From Moniliella sp. 'wahieum' (taxonomy: Eukaryota), in assembly GCA_003971905.1 (NCBI GenBank), contig RSEE01000030.1:124001-188000 (forward strand): a stretch of DNA of 64,000 nucleotides, read 5' to 3'. The notes beneath the pieces were generated by a model. That model was not told the origin of the DNA. It did not search any database and saw only the letters and a program-made list of their open reading frames with translations. Shown here one piece after another: positions 13,491 to 25,599 of the stretch (positions within the stretch are counted from its first letter, which is position 1; each line of letters opens with the position of its first letter). The position numbers and the translations under genes were made by a program.

Positions 13491-14415
13491 GGTTCGCGCT
13501 CGGTTGAAATCTGAGGATGGTGGTGGTGGAGAGTGGGAAGAGGAAAGAGTCATTACAAAAATGGCCTTAAGTAGTAGCTTTTAATGCGTGATCCTCCGCA
13601 GTCTCACATCGGAGCGCTTGGCATGCGATATGCGATAGGCGGTGCAATCGACTGGTGGTCGAAAAAGGTACAAAAGTAGGACCCAGTACGGCTATGGATA
13701 TGACTCGACTAGGTGGCTTGTCCGCATCGCATGGAAGACAGAAACACATCAGGAACACACCACCGGTTTCTGAGATCCCCACCGACTATGCCAGTTACGA
13801 CTGACGCGGACATCATGCACACTGCATGTTGATAGATTCCCCAGACAGATCCTCTGTGCTCCGGCGCTAACTCCCATCTCACCTTTGCATCGAACCTTGC
13901 GCTCCAGCTTCGCAACCATTCTCCTGTCTTCTCACCACGACCAGTACCGCTTGGAAGCGATACCTAGTACCCAATTTGCTCCAATCACTAGTCACTCATC
14001 TCCCCAGTTCCTTCAGGCAGTACACGGTACACACTCGTCGTCGGGGTTAATTGAGTGGGAGAGATCTGATTGCGACCAGTTGGTCACATGGGTCATGACT
14101 CTTCCGTGACGCGGGAATTACCCACCCCGTCATCGCGTCATCCACAGTCACGCGTTCACGTGGCAGCAGCAGCTGAGCCCGCTGAGCTCGCGCCGCCTAT
14201 CCTGAGCAGGGCCACCAACCTGGACCCACGCTTCAACAAGAGCATCGGCCTAGCATGAACGCTAAACGTTAAACGTCAACGCGGAACGCGGAACGCTTGC
14301 ATGCGTTATGCATTGAAGATCGTGGCAGATCACTCAGTTATAAAAACACAGTGGAACAATGGAAAGGATGGCAAGGGCAAGGGGGTTCGGGGGGGTGGGG
14401 GGGGGAAACTCCATT

Positions 14416-15914
14416 CTACTGGAGCTTCAGCCCAGCGGCCTGCCAGGTCTCCAGCACAGACTCCCGCAGACGCAACAGACCCTTCTCGATCTGGTCGAGC
14501 GGGACGAGGGAGAAGGAGAGGCGGGCGTAGGGGCTAGAGTTGACGTTGGGCAAGAAGGCGTAGCCAGGCACAGCCAGCACCCCCTTGTCGCGCGCAACCT
14601 TCTCAATCATTGTGTTCGAGTCGCCTTCGGGCGCGGCGGCGGTGGCAGGAAGACGGAACTTGATGAAAAACATGCCGGCATTGGGCTCGACCCACTCAGC
14701 CACGGGCACTTGCTTACCCCCATTGCTGCCCAGCACTTTTTCGAGCGCAGCAGAGAAGACGTTGCGCCGGTCGAGGTAGAACTGGGCTACCTTGTCGCAG
14801 TGAACCAGGAAGCCTTCCAGGCCCCACTTGGCCAGGATCGCCTGCGCAACAACCTGGGCAGTGTACGATGGCTGCAATTGGTAGCAAGCGGTCACGCCAT
14901 CAATCGCCTCAATCAGCTTGGCAGGACCAGTGGCAATGCCAATGCGGAAACCGGCCGCCATGATCTTACTGAGCGAGTCAAAGCGGAGGACGCGGCCGTC
15001 GCCCCACGTCTCAGCACCCTCCTGCTCCAGGGCAAGGTAGCTCTTGGGACGAGGACGGGTGGGGGTCCCCACCGAGGTTCTCAAAGGAGAGGAAGTAATA
15101 AGGGTCGTCCTCAAGAGGATCAGACCAAACTCGCGAATGACAGCGAGAACCTCGCGCTTGCGCTCCTCATCCGCACTTGCTCCACTTGGGTTGCCGCCGG
15201 TAGGAATCGAGTACAGCACCTTGGGGAAGTAAGGTGCTTGGTGCTCTCGGCCTCATACCAGTTTTCCAGCGTCGAGCGCAGAGCCTTGGCCGACAAGCCG
15301 CGAGAGTCGGTCGGCACACTGTGCACCTTGTTACCAAGCGTACTAGCCGCACCCGTGGCACCACTGCAGGAAAGATAGTGCACAATCAAGTCAGCGAACG
15401 TCCGAACAGGGACAGAGACAGGCGAGTACATACGGGAAAGTGGGGCCCTCAACAAGCACAGTGTCGTTACGATCAGTAAGAGCCATGAATGCCTTGCTGA
15501 TCAGATCCTGGGAGCCGTTGCCGGTCATGGTGGACCAAGGGGTGTGGAAGCCAGGGTTCTTGGGGTCAAAATCGGGCTTGCCATGGAGCTTCTGTTGAAA
15601 GTCGTGGAGAATCTGGACAAAGGGGGGCATGCCACCCGACATGCCGTGCAAGCTGGCTTGAGGTCGTCGGTGGGGATTTCGACAGCCTCCGCAGCACCCG
15701 TGTGAGGGTTGACAACGTCGACGGTCATGCCACGTACTGGGAACGCCTCGGGGTTGGGCTTGCCGGCCAGGAAGGAGACCATGTCGGGCACAAACTCGTA
15801 TGGGAACAGGCCGCGGATGGCGGGCTTGGGCCAGGCCTTCATGGGCGCCGAGTAGTAGTCGACATAGTTGAGGTGGGTAGCAGGCGCAGGCTTGTGGGAC
15901 GAAGCGGCGGGCAT
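14416..15914 (-). CDS. Aromatic amino acid / 2-aminoadipate aminotransferase (Aro8/TdiD family, class I PLP)
   Basis: AIRGLFPYE..PDMVSFLAGKPNP..FP, GNGSQDLI.KAF, LYSIPTGGNPSG, VLRFDSLSKIMAAGFRIG (PLP lysine) and GVLAVPG..F...YARLSFS. Intron at 15364-15433. Confidence 0.88.
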
Positions 15915-17018
15915 GGCGATGGTGAAAGCAGGGGCAGCGCGGGCGGGCGGGGTGAGGATGGAGACGGGGGGTGGGACCGCAGAAGGTGACTGGAAGGACA
16001 GCGCGCCTCTCTTATAGTCGCTGGCTAGAAATTGGCGAGGCAGGCCATGGATGACACTGGCACCCAGCGTCAGGCCTCGGGCGTGTGTGGTAACCGCGTC
16101 TGCGTAAAGTCACCAGTCACCGCCGCCGCTGCCGGCGTGCCTGCACCGGCTCAGTGCGGTTGGTTGGTCTCCGGCCAGGGCCTCGTCCGCTAAAAATTTT
16201 CTCCGTTTGCGGTGGATGAAATTAACAGAAGCTGTGGCCTGCTGCTGGGGGCTCAGTGGCCGACGGACAGCACTCGGTTAATCGATAATCGATAATCGCA
16301 GGCCCAGTCCACGCCTCGGCCCCACCCTTTGAGTATGCAGCGCCCCACGGAGATGCCCAGGCGCCACACCTGCGCACTCCCGGCTACGCTACTCCGAGCC
16401 GAGGGCTGCCGTGGGTTGCCGAACCTGGGGGCTTACGCATTGATTACGCAAGCCCACGGTGCTACAGCGGCCATGGGTGTTCCAGGTCACGCGCTCACGT
16501 GCTCCTCCCTCAGCGCTTCAGCCCCGCCTCTACTGACATGGGCGTCACTACCACGACTTCCCACAACACCTCCAGCAAACGAAGTTGCGATTTCCCACCC
16601 CCACTGTATGGAGGCACGCGCATACTACCTGCTCCCACCTCCAATATATGGTGCCCTCGCCTGGATGTAGACCACCTTTACTTGTGTTTTCGTCGAGGGA
16701 CGCCAATGTGACCCTTTCAATTATCGTATTCCGCTGTGCCATTAAGGGCTACCTCACGCCTCACGCCCTCAGGCCTCCCTCTGGCTTCAGCGGATTGACA
16801 GGTTGTAGCTGTGCTCAGCGACATCGATCTTCGACCAAATGGCTCCAATAGGCTGGAAGGTTGCTGCTCATTATATGCAGAGCACCGCCTGCAGTCATGA
16901 TCCGTTGAAACAAGTACATTCAATATTCAAACGTTCAATTGTCACTGCAAGCAACGCCAAGCAAATCAATCAGACCAACGGGAGAAGGCGCAATAAATTC
17001 AGTCCTACTGGGAACAAA

Positions 17019-17025
17019 TAGGGTT
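17019..17025 (+). promoter_or_regulatory. TAGGGTT (telobox/Homol-E-like) motif upstream of RPL7
   Basis: The same heptamer occurs upstream of RPS27/RPL19 and RPP1. Confidence 0.45.
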
Positions 17026-17145
17026 ATTGAGTTACTGTGCCCTTGTGCCGTGCTTGTCGCCAAAGCCAGTCGGGCGAACGGACGACCTCTGGTGAGCAAA
17101 GGCCAACGGCAACCAGACTACCTCCTCACCAACCAACCCACCAAG

Positions 17146-18172
17146 ATGGCCACGACGGTCCCCTCCCACGAGTCGATTCTGCGCCCTGAGGCTATCGCCA
17201 AGCAGGTTGCCGCCCAGGACGCGGTCAAGGCTGAGCTTGCCGCCAAGGCGGCTGAGGCCAAGAAGGTACGTTACCTTGCGTTCACATTGCCAGAGGTGGG
17301 ACCACGCTAGTGGCATCCGATGATGACGGCGTACCTACACGCCATGTCATCCGGGAGCGGGCAGCTGTGATGCATGACAACCACTTTGATGGCTAGCCCT
17401 TACTTTGCAATGCTGCCTCAATATTATACCATCTTTCGGGTCTGAGCATCCTTCTCCCGGACATGCCACTACTTGTCCCGCCCTGGCATTGTATCAACGG
17501 TGAATGTGCCGCACTGGGACTAACTTTTCATTGTCATTTTCCAGGCTGCCAAGGAGACTCGCGAGAAGATCCTGAAGCGCAACGAGGCGTACATTGCTGA
17601 GTATGCTGCTGCGGACGCTGAGGAGGTTAAGAACCGCCGTGTGGCCAAGGCTGCTGGCGACTTCTACGTCCCCGCCCAGCCCAAGGTGGTGTTTGTTGTG
17701 CGTCTTCGCGGTATCTGCAACATCCCCCCAAGCCCCGCAAGATCATGCAGCTGCTCCGCCTGATCCAGGTGAACAACGGTGTGTTTGTTAAGCTCACCAA
17801 GGCGACGGCGCAGATGCTGCAGCTGATCGAGCCCTACGTCACGTACGGTACCCCTTCGCTCGCCACGATCCGCCTGCTTCTGTACAAGCGTGGCTACGCC
17901 AAGATCAACGGCCAGCGCCTGCCCATTTCGGACAACAAGGTGATTCAGTCTCGCCTCAGCAAGCTTGGCTTCCTCTCGGTTGAGGACCTTGTTCACGAGA
18001 TCTACACTGCCGGCCCCCACTTCAAGCAGGTCACTACCTTCCTCTGGCCCTTCAAGTTGTCCAACCCTACCGGCGGCTTCCGTGCCGCAAGCTCAAGCAC
18101 TTTGTGGAGAACAACGGCGACACTGGTGACCGCGAGCACTTCATGCCCGCGCTCATCAAGCGCATGGCCTAA
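17146..18172 (+). CDS. RPL7: 60S ribosomal protein L7 (uL30); intron 17266-17544
   Basis: [60 protein letters not shown] and [13 protein letters not shown]. Strong codon bias and a GTACGT..ACTAAC..CAG intron. Confidence 0.93.
17367..17450 (+). ncRNA. Intronic box C/D snoRNA (snR39b/SNORD2-like guide for LSU rRNA)
   Basis: Guide ACCATCTTTCGGGT lies directly before box D CTGA (17442-17445) and is complementary to conserved LSU rRNA GACCCGAAAGAUGGU. Terminal stem GATGC(17369-17373)/GCATC(17446-17450). Box C is ambiguous: GTGATGC at 17367 or ATGATGA at 17320. Confidence 0.8.
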
Positions 18173-18782
18173 GCCGAAGCTCGATGCGCACCCTTTCGGA
18201 TCCTCGGTTGCGCGTAATATGACCGCGGGCGTCCTCTGCACCTCAGTGTCTTGCCGTGGGGCAAGGGGCTCCAGGGCTTTGCGTCGGAATCGGGGCGCAA
18301 GGATACTGGTTGGGATGCTCGGCTTTCAAAACTTGTCTGGTTCTACCTCGACCAGGCTTAGCACTCCATGCCTCTTCTGCTATGTGATTGTGGTGGCGTT
18401 CTGTATACGAGTAGAGCTGTAGACATGGTGAACGCTGTTTTCCTCGACGCAAAAACACAAGCAACAGTTTTAGCTCAAAGTCAAGCAGGACAGAGCTGTG
18501 CGGCAGGTGCGAGGCCTCAGGTCACCGGTCACCTAAGGCCTGGGCCCGCCACGCAAACAAAGAAAGTGAACATTTGAAAGTTGCTCGGAGGTTACTTTAA
18601 CTTCCACTGGTGGCCTGGCGGCGCCAAACGGAGGGCCGTGTGAGTGCAGTTAAGTACCGCCCGCCGCGCCAGGGGCTGTCGACAGTCCTTGGACCGCCAC
18701 CACCTCTCACCACCGCTCTTCTCGCCTCGCACCTACCCCTATCGCCTGCCCCGCTGTGTGCGGTGCTTTCGCGTCCTCTGCC

Positions 18783-21692
18783 ATGTTCTCCCCACCCATG
18801 CAGCACGTCCGAGTGCCGCCCAGCACAGGCACCAGCGGCAAGCGCGATGCCTGGGCCAGCCGGTATGCCATGCTCTGCCCTCCCCACCTGGACGCAGCTG
18901 ACCATCTTCTTTGTAGATACACGTCGGGTCTTTCCGAGTTTGGCGATGAACGGGAGCGCACCTTGTCCTGGGAAGACGACCGTGCTGCCATTCGCGCGCG
19001 CCAACAAGCCGTCCAGGCAACCAATTTGGGTCTCCGCCTCGGCTAGCAAGCAGCATTAGCCGGGACCTGCATTCATCTGTATCGATCCCGCCAGGATTTT
19101 CGAGCTCTGCATCTATGGAGAGCCTCCCGGGATCTTTTCGCGGAAGCGACTTCAATCCCGACGTCAGCGCAGCTGATCAGTGCGTCCTCGGCGCGCGGCG
19201 GCAACATTGGCTTCACCTTCCCGAGCCTACCTTCCAACGAATCAGGGATGACCGCCCAGTGTGATCCTCCAGTTGGCAGCAACCATTTGATTCCAGACCC
19301 GGACACGAGCCAATTGTCGAGGGTGGTGGGAAGTGTGATCGAGCCGCGGGAGAAGCGGGAACGCTGGCATTGTACCGACTGTGGTCTTATCTTCCCCCGC
19401 GATAGCACCATCTTTGCTCCCCCTACGAGCATCCCAACTGCCACAACTGGCTCTGTACGAGCTCCGGGTACGGGGTCGGACCCGGTACGGCCCGATGCTG
19501 GCGCTGAGCCCTCGTCTTATTTCTGCCGTCACTGCTATACGAAAAGGTTCAGTCTCGGGCAATGTGAATGCGGGGGCGACATTCTGGGCACTACGCGGCA
19601 AGATGGAGCTTTCGTCCGTGCGCCTTCTAGGGGGCTATGTACCATGGACGGTGCTATGCGTGTGTCCACTGCGGCATCGCCTCGGCTCCTCCGCCCTGGG
19701 GGATGGAGCAACAATATTGATCGGCATGCACGGTCTTCCCTTGTGTGAGATGTGCTTTGATAACGATCCCAAGCGCCTCGTCAAGACCGCGCGGCCTGGA
19801 CACACCACTCGAAAAGTTTGGACCCAGGACAAGACCCTGACATGAGCACTTCCTCTCCTCGGCGTAAGGATGCCCGATCAAAAGCATTGACGAGCTGCAT
19901 GAACGTCTTCACCACCCCTCAAGGCTGAGAAGCTTAAATCAGACCCGAAACCAGCGCCCCCTCCCGTTTCAACACCTTGTTCATCATCACTCCCAGAGGC
20001 AAGGCTACCCCGCGTCCGCGTTGGGGATCTTTTCCAGCTTTCCCCGGACTAAACCCATGAATCCCGACGAATCAAAACCGACTTCACTTCTCTCAAGCCC
20101 CGGGCACTTACACGGTCTAGTCCGAGGGTGATGGATGTGGCCGCAGCCTTTGAAGGGGTGCGCCAGCTCTGAAAGCTCGTCCCGGTGGGCAGCCAGTTTG
20201 CCTGTCTCCCGCCAAATCAGTCCTCCGGCCGTCTTCAGCTCTGGCTTCCACGCCGGCGTCATTCTCAAATGTATGCAAGCCCCGGCCCATTCCTATACAC
20301 AAGTGGCATCCTCTCGGGACTGCGTACCCCCAGCCCTCAACGTGCTCTACCCGACCAAACTCGTTCCTCGCCCATTCGGCCTTCGTTTGGAAACGATTCT
20401 CCCCTGCATACACCGACAAGCCCTTCGACTCATCGACTTTTCGAACAGTTGTCCATCAGGCCTACCTCGTCAATCAAACCAAGCATGTCGGCTTTGGAGG
20501 ATCTACCGGAGGTTAGCCCAAGTCTTTCCAATCCTCCCAGCTTGATGAAGAGCTACGAAGCCGGCAGAGGCCTATGGCACCCCGACGACCCCAGTGTAAC
20601 CCCCAACATATCGAAAGATGCACCCCCCTTTGCCCCTCGCCTGCATTCTGACCCTTCTTTGGGTGCCGAGACTCACTCGGTCAGCATTTGTGCCCGCTGT
20701 GGACAGCCTCCGTTTGCTGGGCCTCAACAGGGCGCCGAAGAGTCGGTAATGGTCGCTGTGCCAGGGGACTTGGAGCTACATGTGGAATGCTTTACCTGCT
20801 CCGTTTGCACTTTGCCTATTGATGGAACCAAGCCGTTTGTGCGTGCGCCGCGAGAGGAAGCAACGAACGGGGAAGATGATGCAGTGCGGTTTTCCCATTC
20901 CAAGTGTGCCCGCGGGTGGTGCCCATTCAACGTCAAGTTGTTGTGCCCCGCCCTACCTCCACGACCGAGCCGGTTGCCCCCCAAGATCATGCCACGTTCC
21001 AGCGCACTCCCAAGCCGGCACAAGGGGCATCGCCATCTCTATTTGGGTCCCAGCACCACAGCACAGTCGAAGGCTACCCAAGAGCTCAGCCCCCACTGGG
21101 TTCTCATCAGTGCTGGCCACAGATCGGCGCGATAGGACGGGCTTAGTGAGCGCATCGCAGCCGGGTGCCTCCCACCCGGTGCATCAGTTCCGCTCCACTG
21201 CTGGTGCAGCCCCTTTATCTCGATCTACTCTCTTTGGTTCACGTTCAGGAGCTGGGGGGGGATCGGTGACGGAACCCAAAAGCAATCCAGCAGCCGGATT
21301 CTTTGCTAGAGCATCTGCCCCAGCACTGGGACCGAGCGACAAAGGCAATATGGTCTTGCCGTCTCTACCGCGTACGGGGGGCTATGGCGGTATGACTCCA
21401 TGCCCTTTGCCAGCGGATGCTTACCTCGATCGAGGGTGTGCCCGGCCCGCGTGGGACGAGGTGGCACAAGGCTTGTCTTGTTTGTCGCGGCACTCTTCCG
21501 TCAGGCAAGCCATGCCGCAAGTCGCTCGACTCGGGTGCCAAGGTCGATCCGGACGGTCGCGTATTGTGTCGCGAATGCTTTGACTCGGCGGCCCGTGCGG
21601 TGCGGCCTCCCCCGAGACCAATACCTAAAGACAACGCCTACTCGCCTTTAATACTCAAGCCGACCGAACCATCTATCGTAACTTGTAACTAG
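18783..21692 (+). CDS. Multi-LIM zinc-finger protein; frameshifted, start approximate
   Basis: LIM-type Cys/His arrays: WHCTDC..YFCRHCY..CECGGDI; CARCGQP..HVECFTCSVC..PF; RWHKACLVC..C.K.LDSGAKV...G.VLCRECFD. Confidence 0.75.
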
Positions 21693-24600
21693 CTTAACTC
21701 TTTCCATCTCTTGATAACCGTATCCCGCCTCTTCCAACCAACTGAAATGACCCTATCTCCCCTCCTCCAACAGGAAGGAGGACGTGAACAATATATCGAC
21801 GCCCCCACAGATCGCAATATACATCCTTACTTTTCCCAGCCCATCCACGATTGGTGTTCAATTCAACGCCAGACAAGAAGGTATCATGGCGGGGCCCCGG
21901 TAGACGTAATCAGCTGATAACCACTATTAACCAGCTATGAACCGGAGATGAGTAGCTGAGCGGCGCGCGCTGAGGAACTGATGGGACGTGCAGTTTGTGT
22001 TCGTGCGCAGTGTATAGACACGTGTGGCTGTCGCTGGGCCGTCCCAACTTTGCCGGCGTGCAACCGCCTACTTGACCTGGGACGGGGCAATGGTGGTGGA
22101 ATGGGTCGGGTGGGATGATGCTACTGATGGTAGAGTTTGAAGCGCTGCGTAGAAGGGCGGACATGGGACAGCAGGAGGGCCATTTAGTTTGAGTCGGCGC
22201 TTAGTGTGGTACAAACCTGCGTGGAGCAGGCCACTCCATCCGCTTGGCTCGTGGGCTGACGCAAGGACACTGGGCCTGTGCGGCCCCCGTGGGGCGGCGG
22301 CCGGAATTGAATTTTTGGTTATGAGGGACTGGTCCAATTGGTTGCAATTCTAGTCGCGCGGTGGAACTCCGCTGTCCACTCAGCCAGAGCACTCGCCCGA
22401 TTCATCGCCAGACGCCCCAGCAGCAACCCTAGGATGCAAGCTGCGGCCTGGGCAGGCCTGGGCGCCTCTGTCCGCCGGCTGCTGCGCTCGAGATGGTTTT
22501 TTGGTGTTTGAGAGGCGGTGAACACGTGAAGAAGGTTAAACAGCTAGCTGGGTAGGCTGCCCCCGTTTGGGGGATCGGCGCCCGTCCGAGTGATGCGAGT
22601 GACTTTGTGCTTAATCTTATGATAGCCTACTGAATATTGATAGGCCATAGGCAAGCCACTTAGATGGATATGCAGGGCGCAAGGCAGTCGGAAATGGGTG
22701 CCACACACCGTTGATTATAGTATGCATCCCACACGCATCCTGCGCCTTGAACTTTTGAGCGCTGAGCTGAAGCGCGTTCGTGCTTCATTCCCGCACGGGA
22801 GCAGTGTGGCGGACAGACTTGCACCACTGCCTTCTGGTTTGTTAAACCTTTTGTCCCATTGCCTGCATATATACCCCCGTCGTCCGTGCTCCTCCTCGCG
22901 GCCTTGCCCCCATTGCACACCTCTCTCTCTCAGCCGTCAGATCCACATTCACGGTCCCCCTTTCAATCCACCGCCCATGTCTCTGTTGCGCCCCATGTGC
23001 AGCTTTGGCCTGCGAAGCACCTTGCCGCTTGTCCATCAGCAGGCCTCAGCATTGCCCTTCCTCCGGCGGCGTCTTCAGATGCCTGAGGACCACGACGTCG
23101 GCTGCAATACCGACCTACTCGGCGGCCGAGGCCATGCACCCCGCACAATTAAGCAAAGTGCTACGCCCTTGCCCCAACCGCATCCACGTGCCATGCATGT
23201 CATGGCATTTCCAAGTGGAAAGCAAGAAGACGAGAGGCGCATGTGGCGCCTTCACTGAACGGAGAGCCTCTTCCTTGACGGACTCATTCTTCCCCCGCTC
23301 ACTCCGCACTCTGTCGACTCGCTTCCTGCACCCAATCGAACAACCCTGTTGAGCCAAGCCATGTCCTTCTCCCAACTACTCAAGCAGTCGGGCAAGTGCT
23401 AGTGCGACAAAAAGAGGCAAGACATGCCGCTTCCGTATACCACGACCGGCAATGGGATGGTCCATACCCTCAATGCTTGGCGCGTCCACTTCACAAGGCC
23501 TTTATCCAGCACATGCGCTGCTTTTTCATCATCTTTGCGTCTCCACCGCAACACGAAGTCATGTTCATTCTCTGGGAATGGTCCCAACGCTGTATACCCC
23601 CTCTCAAAGCAAGTTTGGGATCAATTGATCATACGCCTGCTCTTATATCTTTAACTGTTCGAGAAGCACATACTTAGCAGTACTATGCGTAGTACTATGT
23701 GTATAGTACACTGAGGCATCCTATTACCTTCACTCGAGCTTGTTGACTGTATCCTCCGGCTCCAGTCGGTAGACCAGGATCGTCTCGGTTCCATCGGCTT
23801 CCATGCTGGTGTCCCAACGTGTCACTGCCCTGTGCCGTGCATTTTCTCATGTGTGCCTCACTAGCCCTGTGCCTCGTCTGGCCTCCTATATAGATGCCTC
23901 TGTACCCAGATCCAACTCTGGCTTCAGTCCATCACCTTCTCTCATCCTTCTGCCCGTCCGGCTCCCTAGGCCAACAAAGCTGAATCATAAATTACCTCTT
24001 GGATCATTGATGCAGGACCCACAACGTGGCCCTTGTCTCTATCGAAGAAAGATGCTCCCGAGTGTGCGTTTTCGGCCCCAAACTAGTACCTAAACGACTA
24101 TAAGAATTTTCTCTCTGTGTGAGAGTCGAAACAAGTAGAACCAACAAGCCCCATTAAGGACAAGGCCGATGTCTCTTCGTTGGTAGAGCAGAGCAGTATT
24201 GGCCAGGAATGATTATTGAGAGGTGAAAGAAGGATTACCGGATCATACTACCGAACAAGAGGACTGCAACATGTTGAGCCAGCGGGTGGCTCGTGCTTCG
24301 GCCGATGACGACACTCTTCTCGAGAGATAGTATTGTAATGAGTGGAAGCATTGATCTAACACGTATGTCCCAGCCACACTCACTTTTTTCATGACAGCAG
24401 AAGAGCTTAGAAGGGCAACAGTGGTTGAAAGACAGAATTGTGGGGACTATAGGCCCCCCTCGGGCTTCCTCGGTCGACGTTCAACGTTCAACCAACTATT
24501 ACCTATTTTCTCGGGTAAATATGTTGAGAAATGCGCGGGAGGATTGGCACGACATGACGCGTGTAACATGTAACGGACGTATAAACCATCATGTCCCTAC

Positions 24601-25599
24601 GACGAGCATACCCGGTGCAACCGGGAATCCCGGAATATTCACAGAGCCGGTGGTGTCCTGCCGTGACTGGTAGAAGAGAGAGGGCGTTCGCTGTGATATG
24701 GCGCGCCGAATGGGTTTGCATGACATTTTCGCTTTGGGTCATGCTGACTTGCACACAGCTAACATAAAGCTTAAAGTCCCTCGGCCTAAGGCCTAAGACC
24801 TAAGGCCTAATGCCTCATATCTAGTCACGAACTTCGGTTATGCAACTTGAAGCTTGAAGCTTCTTGGAGCTTGAAGCTTGACAGGCCGTCCATGAAAGTC
24901 TATAGAGGCGTGTATCTCTCAAGCAATGTACAGCCGTGGAAAGCTCATATGGATGCTGGTGTAGCAGTGTTGTATTCTTCCTCCTTCCGATAAAAAGGCA
25001 AGAGAGGAACCTGTGGGTATCATCCGTATATATACTCCCCCTGCGGTGGTAAGATCTAAGATGCGATGTTTGTGCCTGGCTGGGTCTAGCTCTTTCGGCA
25101 TGTGCGTAATGTATACGCCAAGCACTTCCATGCACTTCATCAGAATAGAAATGTTGACATTGAGGAGCCACAGGAGGCCACAGGTATCGAATTGTCTTGG
25201 TTGACCTTTTCTGCAGGAAGATATCATGTTCAACATAGGCTTCTGTTGTTGTGCGGCGTTTTGCTTGCGCAACCCCCAAACCCTTTCCCGGCCATGGGAA
25301 TGCATGACTTGGTCGGCCAGCCTGTGCCACATATCCACCTTCATTCACACATGTGGGGTAGTTCCTAGTAGGTAGGTACACACAGTGTGCCCTATAATAG
25401 TCCCTGATCATGCCCACAGAGCCGTTTTTATACTGTGACTTTCAAAGCTGTAAGCAACTCACGGGAGAGTACCAAAACAATAATCGGTTGCTACTACCCC
25501 GGGGGCTCACGATGGAAGCGCCTTTCAAGTTCCATCCGCTCTTTCCGAATTGTTCCCCTACCATCATCGTGCACTTTCTGCTGGTAGCCGTTGACGAGG

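Noticed and set aside
21750..25550. Mating-type locus, pheromone precursor or transposon in the gene-poor gap
   Set aside because: No homeodomain, STE3, CaaX-ending small ORF, transposase or RT motif, LTR or TIR could be recognised.
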